In this document: positions 11,082 to 25,555 of the stretch, piece after piece
How the letters are laid out: every line of letters starts with the position of its first letter
Numbering within the stretch: position 1 is the first letter of the stretch
NCBI GenBank assembly: GCA_964016885.1
Contig: OZ024747.1
Coordinates: 92,380,001 to 92,444,000 of the forward strand
Length of the DNA: 64,000 nucleotides
DNA from: Eledone cirrhosa
Lineage: Eukaryota
Reading direction: 5' to 3'
The notes under the pieces: generated by a model
The model's database searches: none
Told to the model about the DNA's origin: nothing
What the model saw: only the letters and a program-made list of their open reading frames with translations
Program-made: the position numbers and the translations under genes

Positions 11082-12577
11082 TTATGTATATTCCTTAAAC
11101 ATATATACATGAAGGAAAAAACTCATTAAACAATTTAAAAATGTGAATGTAAAGGAGAGAAAATATTTTAAGGCTAAATACTTGTCTGGAACGTAACAAA
11201 GATTCTTACAGAAAATATAGATGCTTTAAAATAAACAACTTTGGATCACAAGTTTACATTAGATTTTGACTAAATATTTTCAGTTTCATGAAGATAAGCC
11301 GTACTCTTTCAGATACAATATTCGCAATGCTATATCTGCTACTTTTGGAAAGGTGCTGCAAAGCATTTCTATGAGCCATTGAAATGCCATGATGGACACA
11401 CAGTCAAACGTCTGTAGTGTCACCCCAACGACTAACTACACTAGTTAAGGGAAATTAATTGATTGATATATGTTAGGTCACTATAGAAAAACACCAAGGA
11501 TTGTGATTAGTAAGTCTTTGTAGTGAATTTGAGGGCTTTAGCTGTGTAAAAAAAACAGTTTGGTTGATATGTTTCGAATGTAATTAATCTATCTTGTCCC
11601 TAGTGAATGTTGTTTTATATCTGGTCAGTACTGATCGACAGGGCCTATGAGAGGGGGGTCCAGCCGGTACTTTGTTGTTTGTTCTGGAGCCCTAGAGCTA
11701 AGAAGGCCTCACAGCAACCATGCAACATCCATTTTCAGAAAAATATTTGCTTGCTTCGGACCACAAAGAGGTCTTGTACCGCCTCGCAAAATTTCTCTTG
11801 GAAGCCCTGCTGATCGAAAATATTAATCGATAGAGTTACAGATCAACTGTTTCCGAAATAGACCTTGCTATCATCTAATTGAACTGATCTACAATGTGAT
11901 CTATAATCAACTGCTTTTCAGACGTGACCATCCCATCTTTTCAGACGTAGTATATTTTGGGATGGCGTGTCTAGATTTTTTTGTTGTTTTTTGGGGGGTT
12001 CATTTTTTGTTGTTTTTTTTTTTGTTTTGTTTTTTTTTTTGTTGTTGTTTTTGTTTTTTTTGTGTGTGTTTTTTGTTTGGGGGGGGGGTCTTTTTTTGCT
12101 GAATATCGGAATTGGTATAAATTTGCCAATATTTTAAATTCTGTGATTTTGAGTGTTGAAACGAATAGGTGGAAATGTTGAGGAAAAGTGTATATTTTTT
12201 ATTTTGTTTCGATCCTGGTGGTTTTGTTTTTAGCATGGGGACTTATATATTAATTTCCTGGTACGTAATGGAGGATAAAAAGACCCAGATCATGGTGGGT
12301 GAGTATCTCGAGCTTTACGTTTTTCTCTTCTTTCTATGGTATTTAGTGACCAGATTTGTAAAGGTGTTTCATAAGGGAGCTTGCTTGCTGTTGAAATGTG
12401 GTTATCTTATATGATATTTATTGAAAGTGTATCCATTCTACCTCTTATACAGGCTGCTTATAGTTTTTGTATGATTTATTGTTTATATAATTACACAATA
12501 AAATTATTACTGACGCATAAAAGCTATTGCAGTGACTTCTCTCTCATTCTCTATCTCTCTCTCTCTATATATATATG

Positions 12578-12662
<85 letters not shown>

Positions 12663-12750
12663 GGGGGGGGGGGTTGTGTGTGTGTACGAATGAAATAGTA
12701 TTAGTCCTGTAGAAGTCATTTCTATATAAAATAAAGATATATATATATAT

Positions 12751-13150
12751 ATATTATCAAGAAAACGAAAAATCAGTGATACATCTGGACTTAGTTTATT
12801 TCGTCTTACAAATGTTTCGCCGGCATGTAGCTCGAGTCATGGTCCTTGTATGGATCTGGCTGATTCTACTTCTGCGGGTTCTTTCAGACACGGGTGTTAT
12901 GTCCGGATAAAATTTGCTCCGGACATAACACCCGTGTCTGAAAGAACCCGCAGAAGTAGAATCAGCCAGATCCATACAAGGACCATGACTCGAGCTACAT
13001 GCCGGCGAAACATTTGTAAGACGAAATAAACTAAGTCCAGATGCATCACTGATTTTTCGTTTTCTTGATAATATTTACACTCTACTCTGATGAATATCGA
13101 GTGCTAAGTTTGGCATACCGCCTACGGAAGTACCTTAGCTACCACTATAC

Positions 13151-13153
<3 letters not shown>
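12751..13153 (+). mobile_element. Fold-back element: 157-bp arms, degenerate hammerhead, tail hairpin
   Basis: Arms 12751-12907 and 12918-13074 (one mismatch seen); CUGAAAGA..GAAAC-AUUU-GUA at 12933-13023; ACTC..GAGTGCT at 13079-13105; (TA)n on both sides. Confidence 0.8.
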
Positions 13154-13194
<41 letters not shown>

Positions 13195-13424
13195 CAAGAA
13201 ATAATGAAACAGTATTATTCCTGTAGAAGTCACTTCTATATAATATATATATATGCGTGCACACCTATATATATGCGGTGGGTGAGGGAGAGTGAAAATG
13301 AAAGAGAGTATTTGTATATTAGATACGTCCAACTGGTTTTCATTCCATATTGAATATGTAAATTTTGCCCCCTCGTCTAGTATAGATCACCAACATGCTG
13401 ACATCTCCTGTCAAGTTTACACAG

Positions 13425-13442
13425 GTCTCTCATTCTCTCATG

Positions 13443-13474
<32 letters not shown>

Positions 13475-13635
13475 TCCTCCTCGCCCTCTCTATTACCCTC
13501 TCTCTCATGCTCATTCTCTCTCTCTCATGCTCATTCTCTCTCTCACTCTCTCCATCAATCTCTCTCTCATTCACACTCTCTCTCTCTCTCTCACCCTCTC
13601 ATGCTCATTCTCTCATGCTCATTCTCCCCTCATTC

Positions 13636-13669
<34 letters not shown>

Positions 13670-13965
13670 CCTCTCGTGTTCAGTCTCTATCATTCTCTCT
13701 CTCCCTCCCTCTCTCTCTCTCTCGTGTTCAGTCTCTCTCATTCTCTCTCTCCCTCCCCCTCTCTCTCTCTCGTGTTCAGTCTCTCTCATTCTCTCTCTCT
13801 CTCACATACACTCTCTCCCTCCCTCACTCTCTCCCTCCCTCCCCCTCATTCTCTCTCTCTCCCTCTCTCTCGTGTTCAGTCTCTCTCATTCTCTCTCTCT
13901 CTCACACATACACTCTCTCCCTCCCTCACTCTCTCTCTCCCGCTCTCTCTCTCTCTCTCTCTCAT
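13425..13965. repeat. CT-rich low-complexity repeat with higher-order units
   Basis: (CT)n with recurring CTCGTGTTCAGTCTCT. Confidence 0.9.
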
Positions 13966-15404
13966 CGTTGTTTTAAATTTGTTCATTTGAATTGCTGCAT
14001 GTAGCCTATAGATATTTCTTCTTGGAAGCAAACCAATTGAGGTCATCCTCTCTAATGTGATACACGAAGCCTTTTGCTTAACACAAACCAAAAACACCAT
14101 TTAAAACTTAACAACGCTAATGTCACTATTTATTCCGCCCGTCTATTAATCATGGTCAACTGCATAAATAGAATTATTCAAAAACCATAAATCTTACTTG
14201 CAGATTAAGTATTTTCTTTTGAAGATCAAGAAGCAAAGCCAGCGAGCTAAAACCTGGTAGAATCGAGTAAAACTTCGCAAAGAAATTAGTTATTCGCGTC
14301 TTTTATATGATGAAACGATTAATAAATACCAAATTCTCGAAAAGACTGATACGTAGGAAACTTTTGAATTTAAAAAAAAAATATCTTCGTTGTTATCAAT
14401 ATTACTGTTGTCGCTGCTGCTGTTGCTGTTGCTGTTGCTGTTGTTGTTGGTAGTGGTGGTGGTGGTGGTGGTGTTGTTGGGGTGTTGGTGGTGGTGGTGG
14501 TGTTGGTGGTGGTGTTGGTATTGGTGTTGTTGTTGGTGTTGTTGTTGGTGTTGGTGTTATTTTTGTTGTTGTTGTTGTTGTTGTTGCAAAGAGCTACGGC
14601 CCTTTATGGTCTGAGTTCAAATCCCGCCGAAGTTAACTTTGCCTTTCAACCTTACGAAGTCGATAAAATAAAGTACCAGTAATGCACTGGGTAATTGCTG
14701 GCCGTGTGCCAAAAGTCGAAGCAATTATTATGTCCCTCGGAAGTCTCCGCCCCCCCCCCCCCTATTGGGGAATTTTTCATTGTTTCTTTTTTGTTACATC
14801 CTGTTTTTTTTGGGGTTTTTTACACGCAGAAATGCCCATTTGTACCGTCCTGTATTGTCCTGTACTGTCCTTAATGTCTTACTTTGTGTAAACCCTTGTG
14901 CCTAAAGTAGAAACAATTATTATTATTATTATCATTAACGGATGGCGGTATTATTGATTCCATTGCGATCATCAACTGAGGCAGTTTAAGTTTATTAAAA
15001 ACTTGTCTGGAAGTTTTCTTTATCGAACACTATCAAGTTTCTTTCTTTATATCAATGTCGTTAGATATTCATGTATTCACCATATGATCTATACAGATTA
15101 AGACATCTTCAATCATATCTGACAGGCGACCTAACAAACTATATCAGAAAGGAGTGTATGTATAGTTGAAATCTTCTCTGTGCTGCCGTGTGTACGTATT
15201 ACAGTGAACCTCAGAATCTATGGTAAATGTAAGATGCATGATTATAATGGTGATTCAGATAAACGTTGTTTGTGTGAAATTCTGGATAATGTATCATGTC
15301 GTGGTTACTAAACTATATTTCCCTATTTCATTCGGCCTTTCTTGATTCTTTCCTCCCATTACTCTTTCTCTTTTTTTCTTTTTTTCTCTCTCTCGTTCTT
15401 TCTT

Positions 15405-15494
<90 letters not shown>

Positions 15495-15738
15495 ACACAC
15501 ACACATTATTTCTCTCTTTCCCTCTCTCTTCATCCAAATTCAGTTATGAACAGCTGGGACAGTACTCACAATGTCCCATATATATAATAAGAAAAGCAAG
15601 TTTTATAAAGTTGTTCAATGAGGATATTGAAATAAAAGTTTGTTGGAATTTCTCTCCTGATTCTAACAATGTAATGTGGTTTGGATTTCAACAAATCAAC
15701 ATTATCACTCCCTGAAAGATGATAATACGCATACCTTG

Positions 15739-16266
15739 TACATACATACATACATACATACATACATACATACACACATACATACATACATACATACATA
15801 CATACATACATACATACATACATACACACATACATACATACACACAAACACACACACACACACACACATACATACATACATACATACATACATACATACA
15901 TACACACATACATACATACATACATACACACATACATACATACATACATACACACATACAAACACACACACACACACACATACACACACACACACACACA
16001 TACATACATACATACATACATACATACATACATACATACATACATACATACATACACACATACATACACGCATACACACATACATACACACATACATACA
16101 TACATACATACATACATACACATACATACATACATACATACATACATACATACATACATACACACATACATACACACACACACACACACACATACATACA
16201 TACATACATACATACATACATACATACATACATACATACATACATACATACATACATACATACATA
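15739..16266. repeat. (TACA)n/(CA)n microsatellite
   Basis: Direct reading. Confidence 0.95.
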
Positions 16267-17859
16267 CTAGGAAGGTGGCCGGTCAAAAAAATATACTCGA
16301 AATTAAGAGAAAGAGAAAACATACATGGTGGCTGCCAACTCGTTTTCGAGTACGGCCACTACTTTATATCCATGTAGGAGAACCCCTACCGATGCGCTGA
16401 ACGAGTGTGACTTTTTAGTCCAGCCAACGACTTGAAAACACTGGTACAAACACTACACTTGTGACAATTATTGACACATAGTGCTGGGCCCATGGTACCA
16501 TGTGACGACAAGTGGAGAGAAATCTCCAGATATAAAGCAATGCCAGTGCCGTGAAGCTTTTATAGTGAGCAAAGGCACTGCACAAAGCCAGTCCCACTCT
16601 CTTAACCAAGATGATATTTACCAAAAAGAAGAACAAGTCAACATCATTGGATACCATCAGGGTTGCAGGTGTTATATCAGAGTTTTCCTTCTCCTAGAAT
16701 TCTGCCTTGACAAAGACTAAGGGGCCATCTCTCCCGGTGATTTTGGATGGCCATTGACTCTTAAGAGCTCCTTTGCCCTTTGACAGGTTTTGTTTTTAGT
16801 CCTGCAGGATGTCCAAAGTCACCCTCCTCACCAAGAAACCTTGGTGCGGTTGCCAGTTTAGTCGCCAACGACCCGCCCATGGGACAGGTTGTATTGGGAT
16901 ACATGTTCCAGTACATACATACATACATACATACATACATACATACATACATACATACATACATACATACATACATACATAATGTATGTATGTGTTCTAT
17001 GTCAGGTCGCTCTTCAGCGCTACTGGTAACATGTAACCCAGAACAAACTGTGCATGGTCGGGTTGTCGGTAACTAAACCGGCAACCCCACCAAGCTTGCT
17101 TGGTGAGGAGGATGAATTTGGACAACCTGTGGGATGAAAAACTAAACCCGTCAAAGGGCGGAGGAACTCAGCAGAGTCAACGGCCATCCAATAAAGTTTG
17201 TTTTTTGTGGAGCGAGAGACTCCTAGTCTTCATTAAGACATCTCTCTAGGAGAAGGTCACTCTGATATAAAACCTGCGACTTCGTTTGCATCCAATGATG
17301 TAGACCAGTTCTTCGTTTTGGGCAAATGCATTCGATGTTCAGAGAGTGGGATTGGCTCCGTGCAAAGCCTTTCCTCACTTAAAAAAGCTTCAGGCACAAG
17401 CATCGCTTGATATGTGACATTTTTGGTGATGCATGATATTGTTGGGCATATGCATCTATGTATGTAGTACGTATGTATGTATGGATGTACGTATGTATGG
17501 ATGTAAGTTGGTATGTGTGTATGTATGTATGCATGAATATATATATATATATATTTACGTGAATGTATGTTTGTGTGCATGCTTGCATGTATCTATGTAT
17601 CTATGTATACAAACATGTACGTATATGTAAGTTTGCATTATGTATTTATCTGTGTAAGTGTGCGTACGTGCGTGTATGTATGCATGTATGTATACATATA
17701 TATATGTATGTACGTGTGATATATTTTATAATCCATCGTCTGTTGAACATAATGTGATAGATAGCATTTCTCAATGTGTTATGAATTTATGAATAGATCG
17801 TTTGCTGGCTTATGATGAATTAACATTGGTGAAGTACCTGTATCAGATGACTCCCCATG

Positions 17860-18610
17860 GAACTGTTAAAGGTTGGTAATGAGAAGGCAATACAAACAAT
17901 ATTCCATCTCATCACAAAGTTCTGGACAGATATTCCTGTACCACAGGATTAGATAGATTGTATCTTGGTGGCCTTGTTCAAGAGTAAAGGAGAAAAAGGA
18001 ATTTGAGATCACTACCAGGGCATCACTCTATTGGAGTCTGTGGGCAAAGTTCTTGCTAGATTATTGTTGAACAAGTTTAATGAGGATATTTGTCCTACAG
18101 TTATCCCTGAACCACAAAGTGGATTTAGATTTGGCAGATGGACGATTTATATGATCTTCTCTGCAAAGCAGATTCAGGATAAATGTATTGAGCCGCAGGT
18201 TACACTGTATCAGGTTTTTGACGATCCGACAATACGAGTCCTTTGATACGCTGAACAGATTTGCGCTTTGGAAAATACGAAGGAAAGTAGGGTGTTCACC
18301 AAAGTTTATTGATATGTTTATCCATCTGCTCAGAGTTATGAAGGCTCGGGTTTGTCTTTAATGGTGAATTGTCCAATGAAATCCCAGTTGATAATGGCGT
18401 GAAGCATGGAGATATTCCGGCTCCCACACTATTCTCAATATTTTTTGCTGTACTGCTGACTTCTGTATTTCAGGGTTGTGTGAAGAGTGTTCTATTGCAA
18501 GCTAGAAATACGGGAAGAGAACAGTATGCAAACGACGTTGACTTTCTGACTCACTCACAAGATGACATGCAACACATCATGCATTGTTTTGCAGCTTCTT
18601 TGGTATGAAA
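17860..18610 (+). pseudogene. Decayed RTE/BovB-like LINE reverse transcriptase
   Basis: YQGITLLESVGKVLAR, PEPQSGFR, GVKHGDIPAPTLFSIF and QYANDV motifs with stops and frameshifts. Confidence 0.8.
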
Positions 18611-19747
18611 ATTAAGTCTTCAGCGTAGCCTCCTCAGTCGAGCGATATTTCTCAGGAAAGCTTGAGCGTTGAATGAGGTCGCTGTGTCGTTCAATGCTGT
18701 TGTAGTCGGATGTTGCTATTCAGAGCAAGTAAATAAACAACTACTGCATTTCCATATAGAGTTCGTTCTTGAGCTTCAAGTTTCGACTTAGGTTGTGGCA
18801 TGATAGATGGGGAAAAGTGTTGCATCCTGAACAGGTTCAGTCTTTTTCACTTGTTAATGGTAGAACGAGATTTGCAAATTTCTCTTTGCAGCATTTTCCG
18901 ATAAGTATATAAAATCCGCTTCTTCTTCTTCATCCACTTATTCCTGAGAGGGTCGTGGGGGGAGAGTTCTCAAACACTCCTTCCCGTGGGTCCTGTCAGA
19001 AGCAACCGTCTCCAACTGATCCTGCTGGATCCCCAAGCGTGACCAACCAAGCTCCATAGATGTTATCCAATCATCTTGCTCGGGGTCTACACCTGGGTTT
19101 CTTGCCGATTGATTTTAAATAGAACAGATAAGTATCTTAGGATAATAAGAGTCAATTTATCAAATTTATCAGATGTTTTATATACATGTTATATCTGCCT
19201 AGTGACGCTATATAATCATAGATTTGTTTAGAGGACTTACTGATAGTGTCACTAACACATCATTCTAAAGTGTTGTTTATAACCATACAGTACAGGATCG
19301 CTACTACAGACACTGTTATTTCTCAGAAAGAAATAATTTAAGAGATCGTTGCCCTTGGATCTTAAACTCAAGTTCTTATAAATAGAATCTATTCTGCCCC
19401 CATTTAATTTTTTAGGATCTGATGTCGACATTCGTGTAAGTATATATTCACTCATTACATAATTGCTGAGTTGTTTTAGTTTAATATAACGTTGATTTGT
19501 TAGTGCTGTGGATTGGGGGGGGGCTTACACATTTATTAACACATCCCGCCGACTCTACATATATCATTCTGTCTTTCTCCCCCCCCCCCCGCTCTCACAT
19601 CTCTCCCTCTCCCTACATCTTTCCCTCTCCCCACATCTTCCCTCTCCCTACATCTCTCCCTCTCCCCACATCTCCAGTCTCTCTGTTTGCGTTTATCTAT
19701 TTCATATGGCTTCTCTATTTCGTTCCCATTCATCATTCGCATAAATA

Positions 19748-19808
<61 letters not shown>

Positions 19809-20115
19809 GCGTGCGTGTGTGTGTGTGTGTGTGTGTGCGCGTGTGTGTGTGCGCGTGTGTGTGCGCGCGTGTGTGTGTGCGTGCATGTGTGTATGTATAT
19901 ATATATATATAAATGTGTGTGTATGTGTGTTTGTATGTGTGGGTATATATATATATGCGTGTGTCTGTATCTGTGTATTACCTTATTCTTTTTCTTCAGT
20001 CTTAGACTGCGGCCAAGCTGGGGTACAGCATCTTGAAGGAATTTAGTCGATTATATTACCCCCAGTACTTATTTTATCGATGTCCTTTATGTCGAACTGC
20101 GATGTTACAAACACA

Positions 20116-20239
<124 letters not shown>

Positions 20240-20551
20240 CGTTATGGTAAAAATAAATGCACCCAGTACTCAGTACAGTAAATGAGGTTGGTGTTAGGAA
20301 GAACTTCCAGCTGTAAAAATCAAGCCAAAATCAATTCTGTATGAGCAAGACATGGTCACTTGACCTGGCATTGCCCACAATAGGACAACTCATATAACCC
20401 ATGCTAGCGTGGAAGAATGGACATAAAACGGGGATGAAATTGATGATATATATATATATATATAATTAAAGAATTATATATACATATATATTGTATATAA
20501 TTAAAGAATTATATATATATATATAGAAGTGGTTACACAACAGTTAGTTCA

Positions 20552-20601
20552 CCATACCGAGAACAATTGTTTCACCTTAGCGGATCCTCAGCTCGTAATG
20601 G
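20552..20601 (-). ncRNA. Minimal type I hammerhead with palindromic loop 3
   Basis: CCAUUACGAG-CUGAGGA-UCC-GCUAA-GGU-GAAAC-AAUU-GUU-CUCGGUAUGG; in an ~85-bp TA-embedded element; homologous to 62868-63009. Confidence 0.8.
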
Positions 20602-20676
20602 GCATGTTTATATATATATATATATATATAATTTATATATATATATATAATTAAAGAATTATATATATATATTATA

Positions 20677-21853
20677 CTAGCAGATTTACCCGGCGTTGCT
20701 CGGGGTTTGAAATTATGCTAAGAATATACAGCTAGGAAGTAAAAGAAGAACATTATTTGTCCCCAACCTGTCAAAATAAGCAGAAGTCTTCAATAATTAA
20801 TGCAAACGAATATTTAGTGCAATCTTTGTATGCATAAAACTATGTTGATAATGAAGGAAAACACTGAACAGGATGTTGTTATACAAATGATTAAAGACAA
20901 TACACGTTGCAAATCTGTAAAAAAAACAGGCAGTTTTGCTAAAGTACAAAAACTTGTAATGAAATCAGAGTTGTATACAAACAAAAAAATAATGAGAGTA
21001 GAATAAGAGAAAATCTATTCTTTGAGAGCATCCTTTGCTGTGTATGGTTAAATTTTGAACTTATAATCCAAAATATCCTGCATGACATATTCATTGGTAT
21101 GTTTTGTAATGAGTAAGGTGAAGTCAAGGCAAAACTGTAATAAGGTTTTTTGTTAACACTAAAGCATAGACGATATTCTTTGTTTTTCTTTTCGGAACAA
21201 ACGCAAAGAGATTATCTCGACTGCCAACTCGTGAGCAGGCAACGTAGAATTGTCCGTGCGAAAAGCAAGGTTTATCCAAGTGAATTCCAGCGACGGACAG
21301 AGTTTGACCTTGCGACTTATTTATGGACATCACAAAGGCAACACGAAGGGGAAATTGGGTTCGGCGAAAGTAGAAGGGAGTATCCACGCCTGATGTAGTC
21401 AGGCTAATTTTTGTTATTATCACATCCTCGCCTTTTCCACATCCGGATAGAATGGTAGCGTCAATACTAAGTGGAGACAGTTTTTTAACCACAAGGCGTG
21501 TACCATTGCATAGTTTTGGAGGAGTGATATTTCTCAGCAAAATAACTGGTGTTCCCTCTTTCAGGAGGTAAACCAATTTCTGAAAAGTTGGTTATCTCCC
21601 TTTTTTATAAGGATTGTCAATAAAGTTTGTTATCTCCCTTACATTAATTTTTCTACCGATAATTTTGATATCGATTTTTTATTGCTCAACATGGGTCGAT
21701 ATGAAAAATGTTTGTGATGTGACAATCTTAGCGACCTGTGCAACGTGCACAGAAAATTTGGTCAAATTCAGTTGGTAATTGTGAAAGCCTTATGCATGTA
21801 AAGTTGTACACAGACACACACACATCCTCGCTTTTATATTAATTATATAAAGA
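20677..21853 (-). mobile_element. Non-autonomous Helitron carrying the helicase C-terminus
   Basis: 5' TC at 21853; 3' CCCGAGCAACGCCGGG hairpin plus CTAG at 20677. Confidence 0.85.
21124..21576 (-). pseudogene. Helitron RepHel PIF1-like helicase C-terminal fragment
   Basis: LLRNITPPKLCNGTRL, RTQFPLRVAFVMSINKSQGQTL, FSHGQFYVACSRV. Confidence 0.9.
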
Positions 21854-21864
21854 TATAATTAAAG

Positions 21865-21919
<55 letters not shown>

Positions 21920-21952
21920 GAATTATATATATATTATATATAATTAAAGAAT

Positions 21953-21985
<33 letters not shown>

Positions 21986-22308
21986 AAGTCTGGACACGAA
22001 ATCACATGGTTGCTAAGTGAACTCCCTAACCACACAGCCAGCCATACCTGAGACTATATATTAGAATTGTATATTCCTACACACATACTTTAACAGACAG
22101 ATATTCATAAAGTTATTGATTCTGTTAGCACTTAACGTATATATAGATGATAGTCATGACATAATGTTTGATAAATGTGTTTTCTGTCATGTGTATTGTA
22201 ATCAGATTAATAGTTTCGGTGGTGTTAACATGCGATTAACATATTTGCTATTTATTTGTGTTTGTGGAAGATATGAATTATTACCAGTTAACGTTTATAC
22301 TCCTTCTC

Positions 22309-22354
<46 letters not shown>

Positions 22355-24671
22355 ACTCACTCACTCACTCACTCACTCACTCACTCACTCACTCACTCAC
22401 TCTCTTTCTCTCTCTCTCTCCTATCCCTCTCTCTCTCTCTTTCTCTTTCTCACCTCCCTCTCTCTCTTTCTCTCCTCCCTCTCTCTCTCTCTCTTCTTTC
22501 TCTCTCCTCTCATTTCTCTCTGACCCTCTCTCTCTCCTATCTCTCTATCCTATCTCTCTCTCCCCTATCTCTCTATCCTGTCTCTCTCTCTCCCCTATGT
22601 CTCTCTCCCCTCTCCCTCCCTCTCTCTCTCTCTCGTTCTGGAAGAAATTAAATATGTTCAAACATGGAGAGGGATCAACTCCATCAGGTTTAAATGGCCA
22701 AAACACGCCGTAAACCACGACGATAGTTCTACGACTCCAGCAGGAGTTCAGTATTCATTGATGGATGGAATTGTGTTTGTATTGCTAATGTACTTGTTGA
22801 TATAATTTTGTACATGTGTATTTCTGTTATGTGAGCCACCTACTTTGTCGAGCTAGGGTTTTCTTTGTTTTGCTGTGGACATCTAGGATTTGGATTTCTT
22901 TTACTTTTTATTCTTCTATTGCTCCTAGGATGTAATTTTTCTTGCGTTGCATAATACTTCTTTTATATTTAGTCATCGTCGCACGAGGAAATAGCATTCA
23001 CGATCTCCTACTTATAACACCCGTTTGAATTTCTTTCACAATTGCCCACATGCGAGGAAGTTTATGCTAAAGAAATGGAAGCCTCCGGCCCTACAGAGAT
23101 AGATTCCAGCTCCCATAAGAGCAGTATACAAACTGATTTGGTCGTTCTAACACTAAAAAATCACTAAACAACCCACATATCACATGCTGTCTTTAAAATA
23201 CCGTAATTGTCTTGTTACATTGGTGTATGTGTATGGTGATAGAGAGAATACAATCTAGGTTACCTATATACTGTATATGTACAAATATAAACGCATATAT
23301 GTGTATATATCTGTGTGTGTGTGTGTGTGTGTTGGGAGTCCCAAACACAGAAATGAACTGTAACAACAGTCAATCGCTATAAACAATAGCTTAGAAAATC
23401 GAGAGGGACGAGAAAAGTGCCCAGTGTGTGTGGGCATGTACATACATATACATAGCTTTGATTTAAAATATAATAATTTAAGGTCAACAATGAATATTTG
23501 TTTTCTCCCTGGTTTAGTTTTCTGTAACGAAAATCTCTTTATAAAATGGCTGAGAAAATCTTCCCAACAAGACTTGGTGTTTATTTCTTAGCAAAAATTA
23601 TGCATCTTATCTTATGCAGAGAATTGTGACAGATTTGAACTCATGATCCATCAGCTGGCAATGCAGTTTCTAATTTGTTGCATTCCATTTTTATACAACC
23701 TCTAAAACCTTTCAACATCTAGTTAAAGCCATAGGAATAGTAATTACGTGAAAAATTGTCAACATTGAACTACAAATACATGAATATTCATTGAATGATA
23801 TAGCCAGAAATTATAGCCGCTTCTCTTCTCTACATACGAATATATTCCTAAATAATGAATCACCCTAATCAATTGGACCGTTATACAAGTCTAACGAAAA
23901 TAAAACTAAAAATTAAAATAGAAGGAAATTCTATGATAGTAAAGATTGGAAATTAGTTTGCAAAGATCGAAGTTATTAATTCTGTACATTGATCATAAAT
24001 GTCTATCGTGTGGCTAATCTATGGATTAGATTGGTAAAAAGAAACATATAGATCACATCTAAAATGGCTAAAGATCCTGTTTGATGTTTCATGCTTCATA
24101 TATTAAACTGAATAACGTGAAATAATTTTATATTTGCGATTTCGTTTGTGAATTCCATTCATAACGGCTTCATCATTCAATGTTAGATCCGAGCCTTAAA
24201 CATGAAGGATAAAATCTCGGTCATTTCTCACTCTCTGCGATTTTTAGAATATTTAACAGATCGAATATATTCACTAAGCCAATTTCCATTACTCAGAAGA
24301 TCCATTCTAATAACAACTTATGCTGGCAGTTAAATACTTTATCGTCAATAAGCTGCTGCTGCTGTTGTTGTTGTTGTTGTTGTTGCTGCTACTGCTGCTG
24401 CTGCTGCTGCTTCTTCTTTACCTTCTTCTTTGCCTACCTCTTCTTCTTCTTCTTCGCCTTCTTTGCCTTCTTCTTCTTCTCTGCCTTCTTTGCCTTCTTC
24501 TTTTTCTTCTTTTTCTTCTTCGACTTCTTCTTTTCCTCCTCTTCTTTTTTCTTCTTCTTCTTCTTCTTCTTTTCCTTCTTTTTCTTCTATTCGACTTCTT
24601 CTTTTCCCTCTTCTTTTTCTTTTTCTTTTTCTTCTTTTTCTTCTTCTACGCCGACTTATTCCTGAGAGGGT

Positions 24672-24985
24672 CATGGCTTAGTGGTTAGAGAGTTGGATTC
24701 ACAATCGTGAGGTTGTCACTTTGATTACCGAACCACATGATGCATTGTGTCCTTGAGCAAGACACTTTATTTTCACGTTGTTCCATTTCACTCAGCTGTA
24801 AAAATGAATTGCGATGTCAGTGGTACCAAGCTCTATCAGCCTTTTCTTCCCCTTGGAGGACGGTGGTGGCGTGGTAGGGGAGACTAATATCCAGGGGTGA
24901 CTATTGGTCTTCCACAAAAACACCTTGCACGGACTTGTGCCTTGAAGGGGAACTTTTTAGGCGCAAAACCCATGGTCATTCGTGA
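24672..24985 (+). mobile_element. tRNA-derived SINE, family B variant
   Basis: CATGGCTTAGTGGTTAGAG head and CCTTGAGCAAGACACTTTATTT core; related copy at 37165-37460 (-). Confidence 0.75.
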
Positions 24986-25082
24986 TCTTATATACATATC
25001 CAGGTCGAACCTTGAGCTGATCAATAGCGAAATGCGCGTCACCAATCAATAAACGTAATGAAGGCTTAAAACATCGCCCTTC

Positions 25083-25125
<43 letters not shown>

Positions 25126-25245
25126 GATAGACATAGAATATTCGAAAATATTCTGTATGTTTATAATAAACATTTTGAAGACCTAATCGCTATAGAATAG
25201 AATACGTCACGTATTACAATTAGATTCTCGATAAAAGCAAGGGAA

Positions 25246-25288
25246 GTAACCTACGCGTTTCATTCTTATTAGAAATCTTCAGGATTAC
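25246..25288 (-). ncRNA. Minimal type I hammerhead ribozyme (unit 1)
   Basis: GUAAUC-CUGAAGA-UUUCU-AAUA-AGAAU-GAAA-CGCG-UA-GGUUAC; palindromic loop CGCG; GUA triplet. Confidence 0.9.
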
Positions 25289-25555
25289 ATATCCAGTGCT
25301 TTTATCGAGAATGACACAGCTAGAGACTTATAGAATACTTAGCTGTGTACAGGAACTGGTTTGAAAGAGCGGTTGCCGGTCCGGCAGAAATTGGAAATTG
25401 GAATAAATGCTCTGAAATAGCGATATATATGTGAAGATAGACATAGAATATTCGAAAATATTCTGTATGTTTATAATAAACATTTTGAAGACCTAATCGC
25501 TATAGAATAGAATACGTCACGTATTACAATTAGATTCTCGATAAAAGCAAGGGAA

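Noticed and set aside
12751-13074. Long palindromes as pure sequencing or assembly chimeras
   Set aside because: Not excluded without reads, but arms in several copies have diverged and breakpoints sit at a consistent distance from a conserved hairpin, which artefacts would not produce.
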